Positions 32,286 through 42,660 are shown, counted from the stretch's first letter. The stretch: DNA of 55,071 bases from Candidatus Pacearchaeota archaeon (GCA_016176815.1 JACOWL010000009.1:1-55071); one strand, 5' to 3'. Translations and numbers: made by a program. The notes: generated from the letters alone by a model not told the origin.

Positions 32286-33385
32286 ACAAAATCTTAGTTA
32301 AATATATAAATTTTCCTCTTCAATATAAAAAAATAAAAAAAGAATTGCTTGGGACTATTGAAAACGTTTTTGAATCCGGCAATTTTGTGCTTGGTCCAGA
32401 AGTAGAAAAATTTGAGAAAAATTTTGCTAAATCTTGCCAAACTAAATATGCTCTTGGAGTTGGAGATGGAACAAGCGCGCTATTTTTAGTGATGAAAGCG
32501 CTTGGAATTGGAACTGGAGATGAAGTCATAACCGTTCCTAATTCTTTTATCGCAACTGCTGGTGCAATAGCGGCAACAGGAGCAAAACCAGTTTTTGTTG
32601 ACGCTGACGATGATTATAACATAAATCCTCGTTTAATTGAAGAAGCGATAACAAAAAAAACAAAAGCAATTCTACCAGTTCATCTTACTGGAAGACCTGC
32701 AAATTTAGATAAGATTTTAGAAATTTCAGATAAAAATAAAATTTATTTAATTGAAGATGCTGCTCAGGCTGTTGGCGCAAAATATAATGGAAAAAAAGTA
32801 GGTTCTTTTGGAATTGCCGGTTGTTTTAGTTTGCATCCGCTTAAGAATTTAAATGCTTATGGAGATAGCGGAATAATAACAACTCAAGATAAACAACTTT
32901 ATGAAAATTTAAAAAAAATGCGCAATCATGGTCTCAAAAACAGAGATGAATGTGATTTTTTTGCTTTCAATTCAAGACTGGATGAGTTGCAAGCAGCAAT
33001 GCTTAATGTTAAAATGAAATATTTAGACAAATGGACAAAAAGAAAGCGTGAAATAGCGTCATTTTATCAAAAAAAACTTTCTGACATTATAAAAGTTCCG
33101 CTTGATAAACCAAATGAAGAGGCAGTCTATCATACATTTATAATTCAAGCAAACAAAAGAGATGATTTACAAAAGTTTTTGTTGCAAAAAGGAATTGAAA
33201 CAAAAATCCATTATCCAATTCCGATTCATTTGCAAAAAGCAGCTCAATATCTTGGCTATAAAAAAGGAGATTTTCCAAAGACAGAAGAACAAACAAAAAA
33301 AATACTTAGTTTGCCAATATATCCCGAACTTAAAAAAGAGCAATTGGAACTTGTTGTAAATGAAATAAGAAAATTTTATTCTTAA
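32282..33385 (+). CDS. DegT-family sugar aminotransferase (tandem paralog)
   Basis: Same motifs ('DEVITVPNSF', 'FSLHPLKNLN'). Long nearly identical nucleotide patches with the upstream gene. Confidence 0.85.
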   Translation: MNKILVKYINFPLQYKKIKKELLGTIENVFESGNFVLGPEVEKFEKNFAKSCQTKYALGVGDGTSALFLVMKALGIGTGDEVITVPNSFIATAGAIAATGAKPVFVDADDDYNINPRLIEEAITKKTKAILPVHLTGRPANLDKILEISDKNKIYLIEDAAQAVGAKYNGKKVGSFGIAGCFSLHPLKNLNAYGDSGIITTQDKQLYENLKKMRNHGLKNRDECDFFAFNSRLDELQAAMLNVKMKYLDKWTKRKREIASFYQKKLSDIIKVPLDKPNEEAVYHTFIIQANKRDDLQKFLLQKGIETKIHYPIPIHLQKAAQYLGYKKGDFPKTEEQTKKILSLPIYPELKKEQLELVVNEIRKFYS

Positions 33386-34650
33386 ACAAAATTAACATGC
33401 ATCGGTGTTTTTTTTCCAGAAACATCTTGAAGAGGGATATTTTTTTCCCTAAGATCAAACAAAACTTCATTTACTTTATCTTGCAAACATAATGTCCCGC
33501 ATCTATGTCTTGGATCAAATTTATCCGAACCTAAATAACCCATTACTTCCCAATATCTATCGCTTGCCCAAATATCTTTAAATCGTTGTTGAGAAAAATT
33601 GCCGATATGAAAATTTTTATAATCCGTGTGAAAAAACATTCCGCATGGCGCTACAAGACATGTGCCGGAGGTTTGTAATAGAATTGGCGGTCCAAAACAT
33701 TTCGAATATCTTCTATCTCTGCCTGTTCTGATTTTTGACCATTTTGCCTGCGTTGAATAATCTTTTGTTGAAAGCGCTTCAGCTATTTTTAAGAGTCCCA
33801 GAGCCTCTGGAGTTTTGTACCAATTATAATCAACTCCAAGCCTGCCATTTTCATCATCACTGCAGTGTTTTATAATTGTGTAATCAATTCCAATATTTCT
33901 TCCAAGAAGAGCTAAAGGAATAATTTGATCTGCGCATTCTGGAAGCAAAACCATTTGCGCTCCGATTGTTACATCAAAATTATTTTCTTTTTTTATTTTG
34001 ACGCATTCTTTCATTGTATCAATTACTTTATGAAAATTTTTTTCATTAGTCCCCATAATTTTTGCATATGCTTCAGGTTCTCCAGCAGAAATATTAAAAC
34101 GAAGATATGTCAATTCAGAGAGCAGCTCTTCAAGTTTCTCGCGTTTTAATGCCTGCCCATTAGTTCCAGATGCCATATCAAATCCATTTTGTTTTCCTTT
34201 TTTTACAAAATCATAAAAATGAGGATTTAAAGTGCTTTCACCATCGCTAACAAGGCTTATTGCTTTTACTCCTTCTCCGGTTTTATGCCCTATTTCAACG
34301 CAATCATCAAGAAAATTAGAATAAACCTCCCATGTCGCCGGAGAATCTGGATTGAACTGCAAGCCAGCATAACAATAAGTGCAGGCATATTGGCATTTTT
34401 GAGTAAGCGCCATATCTATTGTAATAGGCGCAATTTTTTCTCCTCTAAACCAGGCATCTACCCTATCTTTATGAAAAGCGATTTTTGTTGTATCGAGATT
34501 AAATTTTTCTCTTGGATTTATATCAAAATTTAGCAGAGGTTTTATGCGCTCAATATCACTTTTTATTTTTTCCCAATTTGTAGTTTGATTAGAACCATTG
34601 TTGCTAATCTCATATTTTCCTTCAAGCAATTGAGATAATTCGGTTTCCAT
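33382..34650 (-). CDS. Radical SAM enzyme with a Cys-rich C-terminal region
   Basis: 'CQYACTYC' CX3CX2C motif. Additional Cys motifs 'HCSDDENG', 'TCLVAPCG', 'RCGTLC'. Confidence 0.7.
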   Translation of the reverse strand: METELSQLLEGKYEISNNGSNQTTNWEKIKSDIERIKPLLNFDINPREKFNLDTTKIAFHKDRVDAWFRGEKIAPITIDMALTQKCQYACTYCYAGLQFNPDSPATWEVYSNFLDDCVEIGHKTGEGVKAISLVSDGESTLNPHFYDFVKKGKQNGFDMASGTNGQALKREKLEELLSELTYLRFNISAGEPEAYAKIMGTNEKNFHKVIDTMKECVKIKKENNFDVTIGAQMVLLPECADQIIPLALLGRNIGIDYTIIKHCSDDENGRLGVDYNWYKTPEALGLLKIAEALSTKDYSTQAKWSKIRTGRDRRYSKCFGPPILLQTSGTCLVAPCGMFFHTDYKNFHIGNFSQQRFKDIWASDRYWEVMGYLGSDKFDPRHRCGTLCLQDKVNEVLFDLREKNIPLQDVSGKKTPMHVNFV

Positions 34651-34716
34651 TTTTATAATTAAAGTATATAATCAGAAATAATAAACTATAAAAACTTATG
34701 CTTTTATCAGAATTTT

Positions 34717-35088
34717 ATGAAACAAATTCCAAACATTTTAGAGAAGACGGGCATAAGCAGAGATTATATTTTAGCATTTGGGAGCATAGATAATTATATT
34801 AGAAGAATAGAAAAAAAAGAAGAATTTAGATGGATAAGATTAGCTGAAAATTCTTATCTCAATCGACCAATTCTTAAATATGAAGCATACTTTAGTCAGG
34901 CAGAATATGAACAAGTTGTTACAGATAAAAATCGTGAAATAATAAAAAATCTTGATAGACTTGTAGAAGAGGTAAATAAAATGAGAGAGAATAAACAAAA
35001 AGATTATGAAAAGCTTTCTAAATTATGGAAAAAAGCAAAAGAAATTATTTTTGGTAAGGCGCAAGAACTTTTAGAAGACAAAATTTAA
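34717..35088 (+). CDS. Hypothetical protein
   Basis: ORF only. Confidence 0.35.
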   Translation: MKQIPNILEKTGISRDYILAFGSIDNYIRRIEKKEEFRWIRLAENSYLNRPILKYEAYFSQAEYEQVVTDKNREIIKNLDRLVEEVNKMRENKQKDYEKLSKLWKKAKEIIFGKAQELLEDKI

Positions 35089-35175
35089 TTATTTTTTGCT
35101 TTCATTTGAGTGTATGGATATCCTGAAAAAATAATTTTGTTATTTTTTTATTCTTGTCCTGTCTGTTTTTGTTTT

Positions 35176-36273
35176 TTATAAGAAATTCGACTCTTGTATT
35201 AGTTTATTAAAATCTTTTTTGCCCGAATCAATATATGGTGCCTTTAGATTAACTGCCAGTTGTTTGTCATCTTCACTATTCCCGATTACAATAACCCTCT
35301 TAAAATCTTTTAGTTCTGTATTTAATTCTTTTAATGAGTCATCAACCATTTTTGTACATGGTTTTCTTTTTGTTTTTTCTTTTACATACTTATAATTAAA
35401 ATTTAAATGAGAATTTTTTTTCGCATAAGGTATATCGATATCTGGGCAATACTGCCAATTATCTATCACAGCATCATCTTCTTTCAATTTTTCACTAATA
35501 AAATTATTAATTTCATTGATTCTTTTGCAATCAAAGAACTTTCTTGCTACTCCTGATTGATTAGAGATGCATATGATTTTTGATGTAAACTTATTCTGAA
35601 GGTATTTTAAAAATCTGACTACCTCTTTATTTATTTTTAACTCTTTCTCCCATGTTTCGTACCTCCCAAGAAAATCGTCATTGTAAATAATTGTTCCATC
35701 CCTGTCAATAATTATCAAGAGTTCGTATCCTTGCTCCCATTTCTTATCCTTGTCAAGCTTCACTTTGGTTTGGATGTAATTAATTATCTCAGTGGTAGAT
35801 AATTTTTCATCAACAGTGTATTTAATCTCTTCACCCACTTCTGAAATTGTATTTCTTTCAGAGATTATTCCCGGGGTTGTTTTATTTATATAATCCGGAC
35901 CCTTGATGTAATAATTTGGTTTTAGCAATCTAATTGCTTCTACAGCTTTTTTATAATTGCATATAAATGCATAATCTACACAACTTAATTGTGAAACAGA
36001 AAATGCTCTTAATAGTTCATTATATACTGGCCTGCCTTCTCCTTTTCTTTTTGAATTATACTTATCACAAGTTATTCCAATTATCAATATATCACAAAAT
36101 TCTTTTGCAGATCTAAGATGAATCATCTGTCCAGGGTGAAGCAAATCATATCCTCCAACACATAACCCAATTTTCTTCCCATATTTTTTAAATTCTTCAA
36201 CTTTTTTTATTATTTTTCCTTCAGATAATATTTTTTCAGATTTATAGTTTTCTGGATTTTTTATTGAAATCAT
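35176..36273 (-). CDS. Fusion of a cytidylyl/adenylyl-transferase-like domain (RfaE domain II type) with a GmhB-like HAD phosphatase
   Basis: N-terminal 'VGGYDLLHPGQMIHL'. C-terminal 'IIDRDGTIIY', 'ISNQSGVAR', 'YCPD', 'KPCTKM'. Confidence 0.65.
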   Translation of the reverse strand: MISIKNPENYKSEKILSEGKIIKKVEEFKKYGKKIGLCVGGYDLLHPGQMIHLRSAKEFCDILIIGITCDKYNSKRKGEGRPVYNELLRAFSVSQLSCVDYAFICNYKKAVEAIRLLKPNYYIKGPDYINKTTPGIISERNTISEVGEEIKYTVDEKLSTTEIINYIQTKVKLDKDKKWEQGYELLIIIDRDGTIIYNDDFLGRYETWEKELKINKEVVRFLKYLQNKFTSKIICISNQSGVARKFFDCKRINEINNFISEKLKEDDAVIDNWQYCPDIDIPYAKKNSHLNFNYKYVKEKTKRKPCTKMVDDSLKELNTELKDFKRVIVIGNSEDDKQLAVNLKAPYIDSGKKDFNKLIQESNFL

Positions 36274-36300
36274 TTTTTCACTTTATCTTTATCCTTTTAT

Positions 36301-37299
36301 TCATTTCAAATTAATCTCCTGCATAAGTTTAATATTATGATATAATGGATTAGACAGCCCATCTTTTATCAAGCCGTTATTATATGCCTCAACAAGACTT
36401 TGCACAGCATTTTCTAATGTATATTTTGGTTCAAAATTCAAAATGCGTTTTATTTTATCAGAATTAATATGATAAGACCTCATATCTGTCGTAGGAAGAT
36501 ATTCAAATTCAAGAGAATTATCATCAATAACACCTTTTACTATTTTAGCAATATCCTCTACAGATTTATTTTGATATCCGATGTTAAAGATTTCTTTGTT
36601 AATTTTTTCTCCTGGCGCTTCCAAAATAATTTCATATGCTTTTACCATATCTTTTATATTTATATTTGGTCTAAGCTGTTTTCCTCCAAAAATTTTTATT
36701 TTTTTATTTATCAGAGCATTCAGCGTCAATATATTTACAGTCAAATCTATTCTTAAACGCGGAGCATAACCACATACTGTTGCAGGTCTTGCTATAACGC
36801 ATTCTAGACCATTGAAATTTGAGTTTAGTAAAACTTTTTCACATTCAAGTTTGTATTTTGAGTAATCTGTCAAAGGTTCAGGAGAAGTTTCTTCTGTAAC
36901 ATTTTTTTCTTTTTTCACTCCATAAACGCTGGAAGAACTGACATAAATAACTCTTTTAACATTATTTTTTTCTGCAGCTTCTAAAACATTAAAAAAAGCA
37001 TCATAATTTATAGATTTTCCAAGCGTAGGATTAAGTTCATAGCTTGGATCATTTGAAATACATGCTAAATGCAGAATCGCGTCTGAATTTTTTGCAGATT
37101 CTATTAATTTTTTTTTGTCTCTGATGTCTCCTCTTATTTGATTTAAATTTGGATTGCTTTTTAAATCAGAGAAAATCTCTCCATACAAATATAAATCATA
37201 AACAGAAACATTATAATCTTTTTTCAAGAGGTTTGGGACTAGGGCGCTGCCAACATAACCCGCCCCTCCCGTAATAAAAATATTTTTGAATTGTGTCAT
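36301..37299 (-). CDS. NAD-dependent epimerase/dehydratase (SDR); candidate heptose 6-epimerase by position
   Basis: 'ITGGAGYVGSAL', 'YSKYK' YxxxK motif. Confidence 0.7.
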   Translation of the reverse strand: MTQFKNIFITGGAGYVGSALVPNLLKKDYNVSVYDLYLYGEIFSDLKSNPNLNQIRGDIRDKKKLIESAKNSDAILHLACISNDPSYELNPTLGKSINYDAFFNVLEAAEKNNVKRVIYVSSSSVYGVKKEKNVTEETSPEPLTDYSKYKLECEKVLLNSNFNGLECVIARPATVCGYAPRLRIDLTVNILTLNALINKKIKIFGGKQLRPNINIKDMVKAYEIILEAPGEKINKEIFNIGYQNKSVEDIAKIVKGVIDDNSLEFEYLPTTDMRSYHINSDKIKRILNFEPKYTLENAVQSLVEAYNNGLIKDGLSNPLYHNIKLMQEINLK

Positions 37300-37300
37300 C

Positions 37301-38827
37301 TTACCAGCTCATCAAAGATTTAAGATATTTATAAAGCGCAATTTTTTCTATAGGTTCTTTGTTTCCTACTGTTTTAACTTTCAATGCGCCGATAGCATTT
37401 CCAATAAAACCTATAATTTCCAGAGGAACATTTAAGGCCACAAGCGGAGAAGTTATAGAAAGAAAAGCATCTCCGGCACCCATGGTATCCACAACATGAT
37501 TTGAAAAAGCAGGTATTTTTTTTATGCTATTTGAAGAGAAAATTATACAGCCCTGATTGCCCTGAGTAACAAGAATTTTATCGCAAAAAACTCTTTTTGC
37601 TACAATTGGAAGAAGTTCCGTTAATTCACTTTTTTTATTTAAACACTCTAAACGCAACTCACGCTCATCAAGACAAATATAATCCGCTTTGGAATATTTG
37701 GAAATAACATTATAGCCCATATTTCCGGCGTTTACTTGAGTATTAACCGCAAGAAATTTTGATTTTGTAATAATTAAGTTAATTAATTCAGTATTTAACA
37801 TTCCATGTCCAAAATCTGCAACAATAACTACATCATAATCTGGAAGTATTTTTTCTAAATGTATAGATAACTCTTTTGTCTGTTCATAATCAAGATCATT
37901 ATCATTAAATTCGTAAAATTCTAAAAGTTTTTTTAAATCGGGAATTTCTTCAATGAATCTTTTTTTTACTATAGTTGGAGAGTCTTTTTTATGATGAAAA
38001 GCTCTTTTTATTTTTTTATTCAGATGTTCCTCAATAAAATCTTTATGAGTATTTATTTCTCCAAGCAGTGTAAAAAGAGTTACATTGTCGCAAAAATCTG
38101 CTAAATGATTTGCTATTGCAAGAGTGCCGCCGGCAAATTTTTCTGTCTTTAGATATTTTAGCGCAAGAATAGGTTCTTTGCCAGCTTTTCCAATAGACTT
38201 GCCATAGCAATATTCATCTATGATTGCTTCGCCGATAACTAATATTTTTAAATTTTTTATCTGTTCAATATAATTTATTATTTCTTTCTGATGATATTTT
38301 TTGGAAAGTTCAATAAGAAAATTTTCCGTTTCTTTTGTAAAAACATTCATATAGCGGTTGATAAGCGCTGAAGAACTGAAAACTAAATCATCAGTAAATT
38401 TTAACTGTCCGCCAACTTCTTTTATTGCGTTTTCTTCTGCAATTATGCCCTGAGAATAATCATTTTCAATATTTCTGTATTCTATGCCCTTGACATAAAA
38501 ATTTGGTTTGAGAAATTTTATTATTTCCACTGCAGTGGGCCATTTATTGAGAGCAACATAATCAACTATATCTAAAGAAGCAAGCACTTCTGTTCTAATA
38601 TTGTGATGAAATACCGGATTATGGGGGCCTTTTTTTACAAATTCATCAGGAGTTAAAGTGACAATAAGTATGTCTCCGCATTTTTTTGCTTGTTCAAAAT
38701 GTCTAATATGCCCTATGTGCAATAAATCAAAAACGCCATGGCAATGCACGATTTTTTTTCCTTCTGTTTTTAAATTTGAAATTATATTTTGTAACTCTTC
38801 TAAACTTACTAATTTATTGTTTATCAT
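37301..38827 (-). CDS. Bifunctional nucleotidyltransferase (N-terminal) plus PfkB-family sugar kinase (C-terminal); HldE-like with inverted domain order
   Basis: N-terminal 'HGVFDLLHIGHIRHF'. C-terminal 'DTMGAGDAFLS' PfkB signature. Confidence 0.7.
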   Translation of the reverse strand: MINNKLVSLEELQNIISNLKTEGKKIVHCHGVFDLLHIGHIRHFEQAKKCGDILIVTLTPDEFVKKGPHNPVFHHNIRTEVLASLDIVDYVALNKWPTAVEIIKFLKPNFYVKGIEYRNIENDYSQGIIAEENAIKEVGGQLKFTDDLVFSSSALINRYMNVFTKETENFLIELSKKYHQKEIINYIEQIKNLKILVIGEAIIDEYCYGKSIGKAGKEPILALKYLKTEKFAGGTLAIANHLADFCDNVTLFTLLGEINTHKDFIEEHLNKKIKRAFHHKKDSPTIVKKRFIEEIPDLKKLLEFYEFNDNDLDYEQTKELSIHLEKILPDYDVVIVADFGHGMLNTELINLIITKSKFLAVNTQVNAGNMGYNVISKYSKADYICLDERELRLECLNKKSELTELLPIVAKRVFCDKILVTQGNQGCIIFSSNSIKKIPAFSNHVVDTMGAGDAFLSITSPLVALNVPLEIIGFIGNAIGALKVKTVGNKEPIEKIALYKYLKSLMSW

Positions 38828-39834
38828 TTTTTGTCTAAATATTTAAACCAATCTTTGGTTGCTTTGTATATAGAGTTTTCATTCCAGACAGGAGCAGTTT
38901 TCCAGTAGTCTATATTGTTGAGCATTATTTTAACTCCTTCTTCAAAACTAATCTTTGGCTGCCAGCCTATTTTTTTCTTTATCTGAGTTATATCTGCCAA
39001 TGTTCTATCTGGCTCTCCAGGCCGTTTAGGAATATAAATTTTTTTCTTCCCCCCTAAAAGATTTGCTAATTTATTTATGCTCTGGCTTTCTCCACAACCA
39101 ACATTAAAAATTTCTCCTTTCAAATCTGATTTTGCTGATAGTATATAAGCTTTTACAACGTCGCTGACAAATACGAAATCTCTTGTCTGATTTCCATCTC
39201 CGACGATTGTAAAAGGTTTTCCCGCAATTTTCTGAGCCAAAAAAACTCCAAACACTGCGCCATAAGCCCCGGAAGTTCTGGATTTTGGACCATAAACATT
39301 AAACATTCTTAAAGATAAAGAAGGCAAGTCATAAACTTTATTCCAATGCATTACATATTGTTCAGCTAAATATTTTGTAAGAGCATAAGGACATTGCGGA
39401 TTTGTTGGACTTTTTTCGGGGGTGGGATATTTGTCCGGAATACCATAGCAAGATGAAGAAGCTGCATAAATAAAACGCTTTACATTGTTTATGCGGGATG
39501 CTTCTAAAACTGAAATTGTTCCTTCTACATTTGAATGATGGTAAGATAAAGGATTTTTTATTGAAGGAACAAGATCTGCAAGAGCAGCAAGATGAAAAAC
39601 ATAATCTATTCCGTTAAAATATTTTTTGATTTTATTAAAATCAGCAACATCTGAATTTACAATTCTTAAATTTTTATTTTTCTTGTGTTGAGCAAGATTT
39701 TCTATTCTGCCGGAAGAAAAATTATCAATAACTGTAACTTTGTAATCTTCTTTTAGCAAATAATCCACTAAATGACTTCCTATAAATCCTGCGCCTCCGG
39801 TTACAAGGGTATTTTCTAATTTTGATTTTTTCAT
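38824..39834 (-). CDS. NAD-dependent sugar epimerase/dehydratase (UDP-glucuronate decarboxylase / 4-epimerase-like SDR)
   Basis: 'VTGGAGFIGSHLVD', 'YALTKYLAE'. Confidence 0.75.
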   Translation of the reverse strand: MKKSKLENTLVTGGAGFIGSHLVDYLLKEDYKVTVIDNFSSGRIENLAQHKKNKNLRIVNSDVADFNKIKKYFNGIDYVFHLAALADLVPSIKNPLSYHHSNVEGTISVLEASRINNVKRFIYAASSSCYGIPDKYPTPEKSPTNPQCPYALTKYLAEQYVMHWNKVYDLPSLSLRMFNVYGPKSRTSGAYGAVFGVFLAQKIAGKPFTIVGDGNQTRDFVFVSDVVKAYILSAKSDLKGEIFNVGCGESQSINKLANLLGGKKKIYIPKRPGEPDRTLADITQIKKKIGWQPKISFEEGVKIMLNNIDYWKTAPVWNENSIYKATKDWFKYLDKK

Positions 39835-39885
39835 TTTGTTTTACATTTAAATATTCGTTGATTAATAATTATTTCTAATATTTAA

Positions 39886-40455
39886 TTATATTCTTTTTTC
39901 AAGACATTCTATAACTTTATGGCAAATTTGCAGATGAATGTCTTCAACAATCCTATATTCTTTTTTAGCAGTTTGAACTAAAATATAATCGTCTAATATA
40001 TTTTTAGCCTCGCCCCCATCAAAGCCAAGCAACCCAAAAGTATATGCGCCGATATCTTTTGCAGTTTTTATTGCCTTTAAAATATTTGGAGAATTTCCAC
40101 TTGCGCTAATGACTATTTCCAGTCCGCCTTTAGACAAATAATTAATTGATTGTTGTGAAAATACTTCGTCGTAGGAAATGTCGTTTCCATAAGCTGTTAT
40201 CGCTGCGATATCATTTAAACTCATTGATTTGAATCTTTTTTCATTAATTGCATTTAAATTTTTGACTGTGCTTTTATTTAAATCTAAACTAAAATGAGAA
40301 GCGGTTGTTGAACTTCCCCCATTTCCCATAATTAAAATCTGCTTGCGTTTATCACGCGCTTTTTGAAGCAAGAAAGCAAGTTTCTCTATTTTAGTGTTGT
40401 CAACAGATTTTCTCGCATCTTCAAATCTGGAGTCATACTCTTTTAAACAATTCAT
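39886..40455 (-). CDS. gmhA: SIS-domain phosphoheptose isomerase (GmhA-like)
   Basis: 'ILIMGNGGSSTTASHFSLDL', 'ISASGNSPNIL'. Confidence 0.7.
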   Translation of the reverse strand: MNCLKEYDSRFEDARKSVDNTKIEKLAFLLQKARDKRKQILIMGNGGSSTTASHFSLDLNKSTVKNLNAINEKRFKSMSLNDIAAITAYGNDISYDEVFSQQSINYLSKGGLEIVISASGNSPNILKAIKTAKDIGAYTFGLLGFDGGEAKNILDDYILVQTAKKEYRIVEDIHLQICHKVIECLEKRI

Positions 40456-40529
40456 TTTAAATTTTAAGATATCAGCTTTTTAAAGGTTATATTTTCTTGA
40501 ATTATTATGTTTTTATATACTCTTTTTCC

Positions 40530-40585
40530 AAATTATCACAATAATATTTTTAAATCTCTTAATTTTTGTCGTTGATACAATGAAA
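40530..40585 (+). promoter_or_regulatory. 56-nt promoter/leader box, copy 2
   Basis: AAATTATCACAATAATATTTTTAAATCTCTTAATTTTTGTCGTTGATACAATGAAA. Confidence 0.65.
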
Positions 40586-41719
40586 AAACAAATAGTTTTT
40601 ATAGAATATTTTCCAACAATACATGGTTATAAGGTAGCTAAAGGTCTTAGAAAGAGTGGAAGATATGAAACGGTTCTAATTTCTTTTAATAAAGTTGATA
40701 GAAAATTTTTTGGGACAGGTTATGATAAAATTATTAATTTAGAAGTAAGTCAAAAGATTAATTTCAAAAATTTATTCTTTTTTATTAGAAAAATGTTTAG
40801 TAAAGAATGGTCAAAGTTCTTTGCAGAAATAAAATCCCTTAATCCATATATTGTTCAGGTTAATAATCTGGACTTATTAACCCGGCTTTCTCTTTTTTTA
40901 ATTGATGCAAAAGTTCCAAAAATTTATTATGCTTATGATATTCTCGCATTTTATAGGAAAAAGTTCAGTATGCGGGAAAATTTTCTAAAAAAAATTGAAA
41001 AGTATTATTTTAAAAAGATGGATGGAATATTGCATAAAGGTCCCAGAGAAGAGTTGACGCTTTTAGATTATCCGGTAAATGTTCCTGATTTAGCCTTGCT
41101 TCCGGGATGCTTGGAAGATTGGACTTATGTTCCTAAAAAAAAGAATATGAAAGAAATTCATCTTGCCGTTGCTGGACCCCCTCTTGAAAGTGATTATTAC
41201 ATTAATCCATTTAAAAACATAATAAGAGAAATTACTTTTCAAAAAATTCATTTACATATTTATGGAAAATCTCTCCTCAATAACAAGTATTTTTTAAAGG
41301 AAGAAAAAAATAATTCCTATTTCCACTATCACGATAAGGTTAGTCCGGATGAACTGAATAAAGAAATTTCTAATTATCACTATGGGTTAGTCTCCGATTT
41401 TTTTAACAAATTAATTAATCCGTTATGGCTAAAAACTTCTATTGGCAATAAAATGTATAATTATTTAGAAGCAGGGCTGCCAATAATAATGACTAATGAT
41501 CTCCAAGCTATGGCAGATATTGTTAAAAAACATAAAATTGGGATTTGTATAGATTACAAGGATATTAAAGAACTAAAAAATATTTTAAAGGGAATAGATT
41601 ATGAAAAACTTCAGAAAAATATAAAGGTAGCTCAAAAAGAATTGAACATTAGTAATCTTATTAAAGACTTGGAAAGTTTTTATGAAAAAGTAGCCGAAAT
41701 AAAAACTAAATATAGATAA
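40580..41719 (+). CDS. GT-B-like glycosyltransferase (family 1/4-like), tentative
   Basis: C-terminal 'NKMYNYLEAGLPIIMTN' resembles the GT1 donor-binding helix. Weak call. Confidence 0.45.
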   Translation: MKKQIVFIEYFPTIHGYKVAKGLRKSGRYETVLISFNKVDRKFFGTGYDKIINLEVSQKINFKNLFFFIRKMFSKEWSKFFAEIKSLNPYIVQVNNLDLLTRLSLFLIDAKVPKIYYAYDILAFYRKKFSMRENFLKKIEKYYFKKMDGILHKGPREELTLLDYPVNVPDLALLPGCLEDWTYVPKKKNMKEIHLAVAGPPLESDYYINPFKNIIREITFQKIHLHIYGKSLLNNKYFLKEEKNNSYFHYHDKVSPDELNKEISNYHYGLVSDFFNKLINPLWLKTSIGNKMYNYLEAGLPIIMTNDLQAMADIVKKHKIGICIDYKDIKELKNILKGIDYEKLQKNIKVAQKELNISNLIKDLESFYEKVAEIKTKYR

Positions 41720-41764
41720 TATATATTAAGAAAGATTAAAAACTCTAATATTCATAAAAATTTT

Positions 41765-42643
41765 ATGAAAAAAATATTAATTACCGGAGGCAGTGGATTC
41801 ATTGGTTCTCACTTGTCTGAATTTCTTTTAAGTCAAAATTACAAACCAGTAATCTTTGATGCTATAGACTCAAAGTATAATGGAACAGATTTTTTTACTG
41901 GAGATATAACTCAAAAAGATTCATTAAAAAACATTTTAGATGTTGATGGTATTGTTCATCTTTGCGCAATAAGCAGAGTTAGAGATGCTATTGATAATCC
42001 TGTTCGCTGTGTGGATGTTAATTTAATGGGCACTCTAAATGTTCTTGAATTTGCAAGAACTTCTGGGAAAAAACCCTGGGTTTTGCTTGGAAGCACAACT
42101 GAACCTCCTAAAAATATTTATGGGGTTTCAAAACATCTTGCTGAACTTTGCGCAGAAACATATTCACGAGAATATGGCTTAAATGTTTTTGCATTAAGAT
42201 TTAGCACAGTTTATGGTTCGCCAAAAGATAATAAAGAGAAATTAATACCGCGCTGGATAGAAAGTGCCAAATCTGGCAAGGAACTCAAAGTGGATAATCC
42301 TGCAAGGCAATTTGATTTTATTTATATTAATGATGTAATTGAAGGAATCTTTGCAGGAATAAATTACGCAAAGTCAGGAAAACCTTTTGAATCAATCCCA
42401 ATATGTACTGGAGTTTCGACTAACCTGAGGGAACTAGCTAAAATAATAGTTGAAGAAACACAGTCACCATCTAAAATTATTTCCAAAGACGCGCATCAAG
42501 AATATTTTATTCAGCCAGATTCGGAAAAGGCAAAAAGATTGTTAGAATTTGAAACAAAAACTTCTATTCGCGAGGGAATTGAGAAATTGCTAACTATTCA
42601 GAAAAATTCTAAAATAATGGAATTAATACCGCGTTATGTTTAA
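41765..42643 (+). CDS. NAD-dependent epimerase/dehydratase (SDR)
   Basis: 'ITGGSGFIGSHL', 'YGVSKHLAE'. Confidence 0.75.
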   Translation: MKKILITGGSGFIGSHLSEFLLSQNYKPVIFDAIDSKYNGTDFFTGDITQKDSLKNILDVDGIVHLCAISRVRDAIDNPVRCVDVNLMGTLNVLEFARTSGKKPWVLLGSTTEPPKNIYGVSKHLAELCAETYSREYGLNVFALRFSTVYGSPKDNKEKLIPRWIESAKSGKELKVDNPARQFDFIYINDVIEGIFAGINYAKSGKPFESIPICTGVSTNLRELAKIIVEETQSPSKIISKDAHQEYFIQPDSEKAKRLLEFETKTSIREGIEKLLTIQKNSKIMELIPRYV

Positions 42644-42660
42644 AACTAATTTTATATAAA

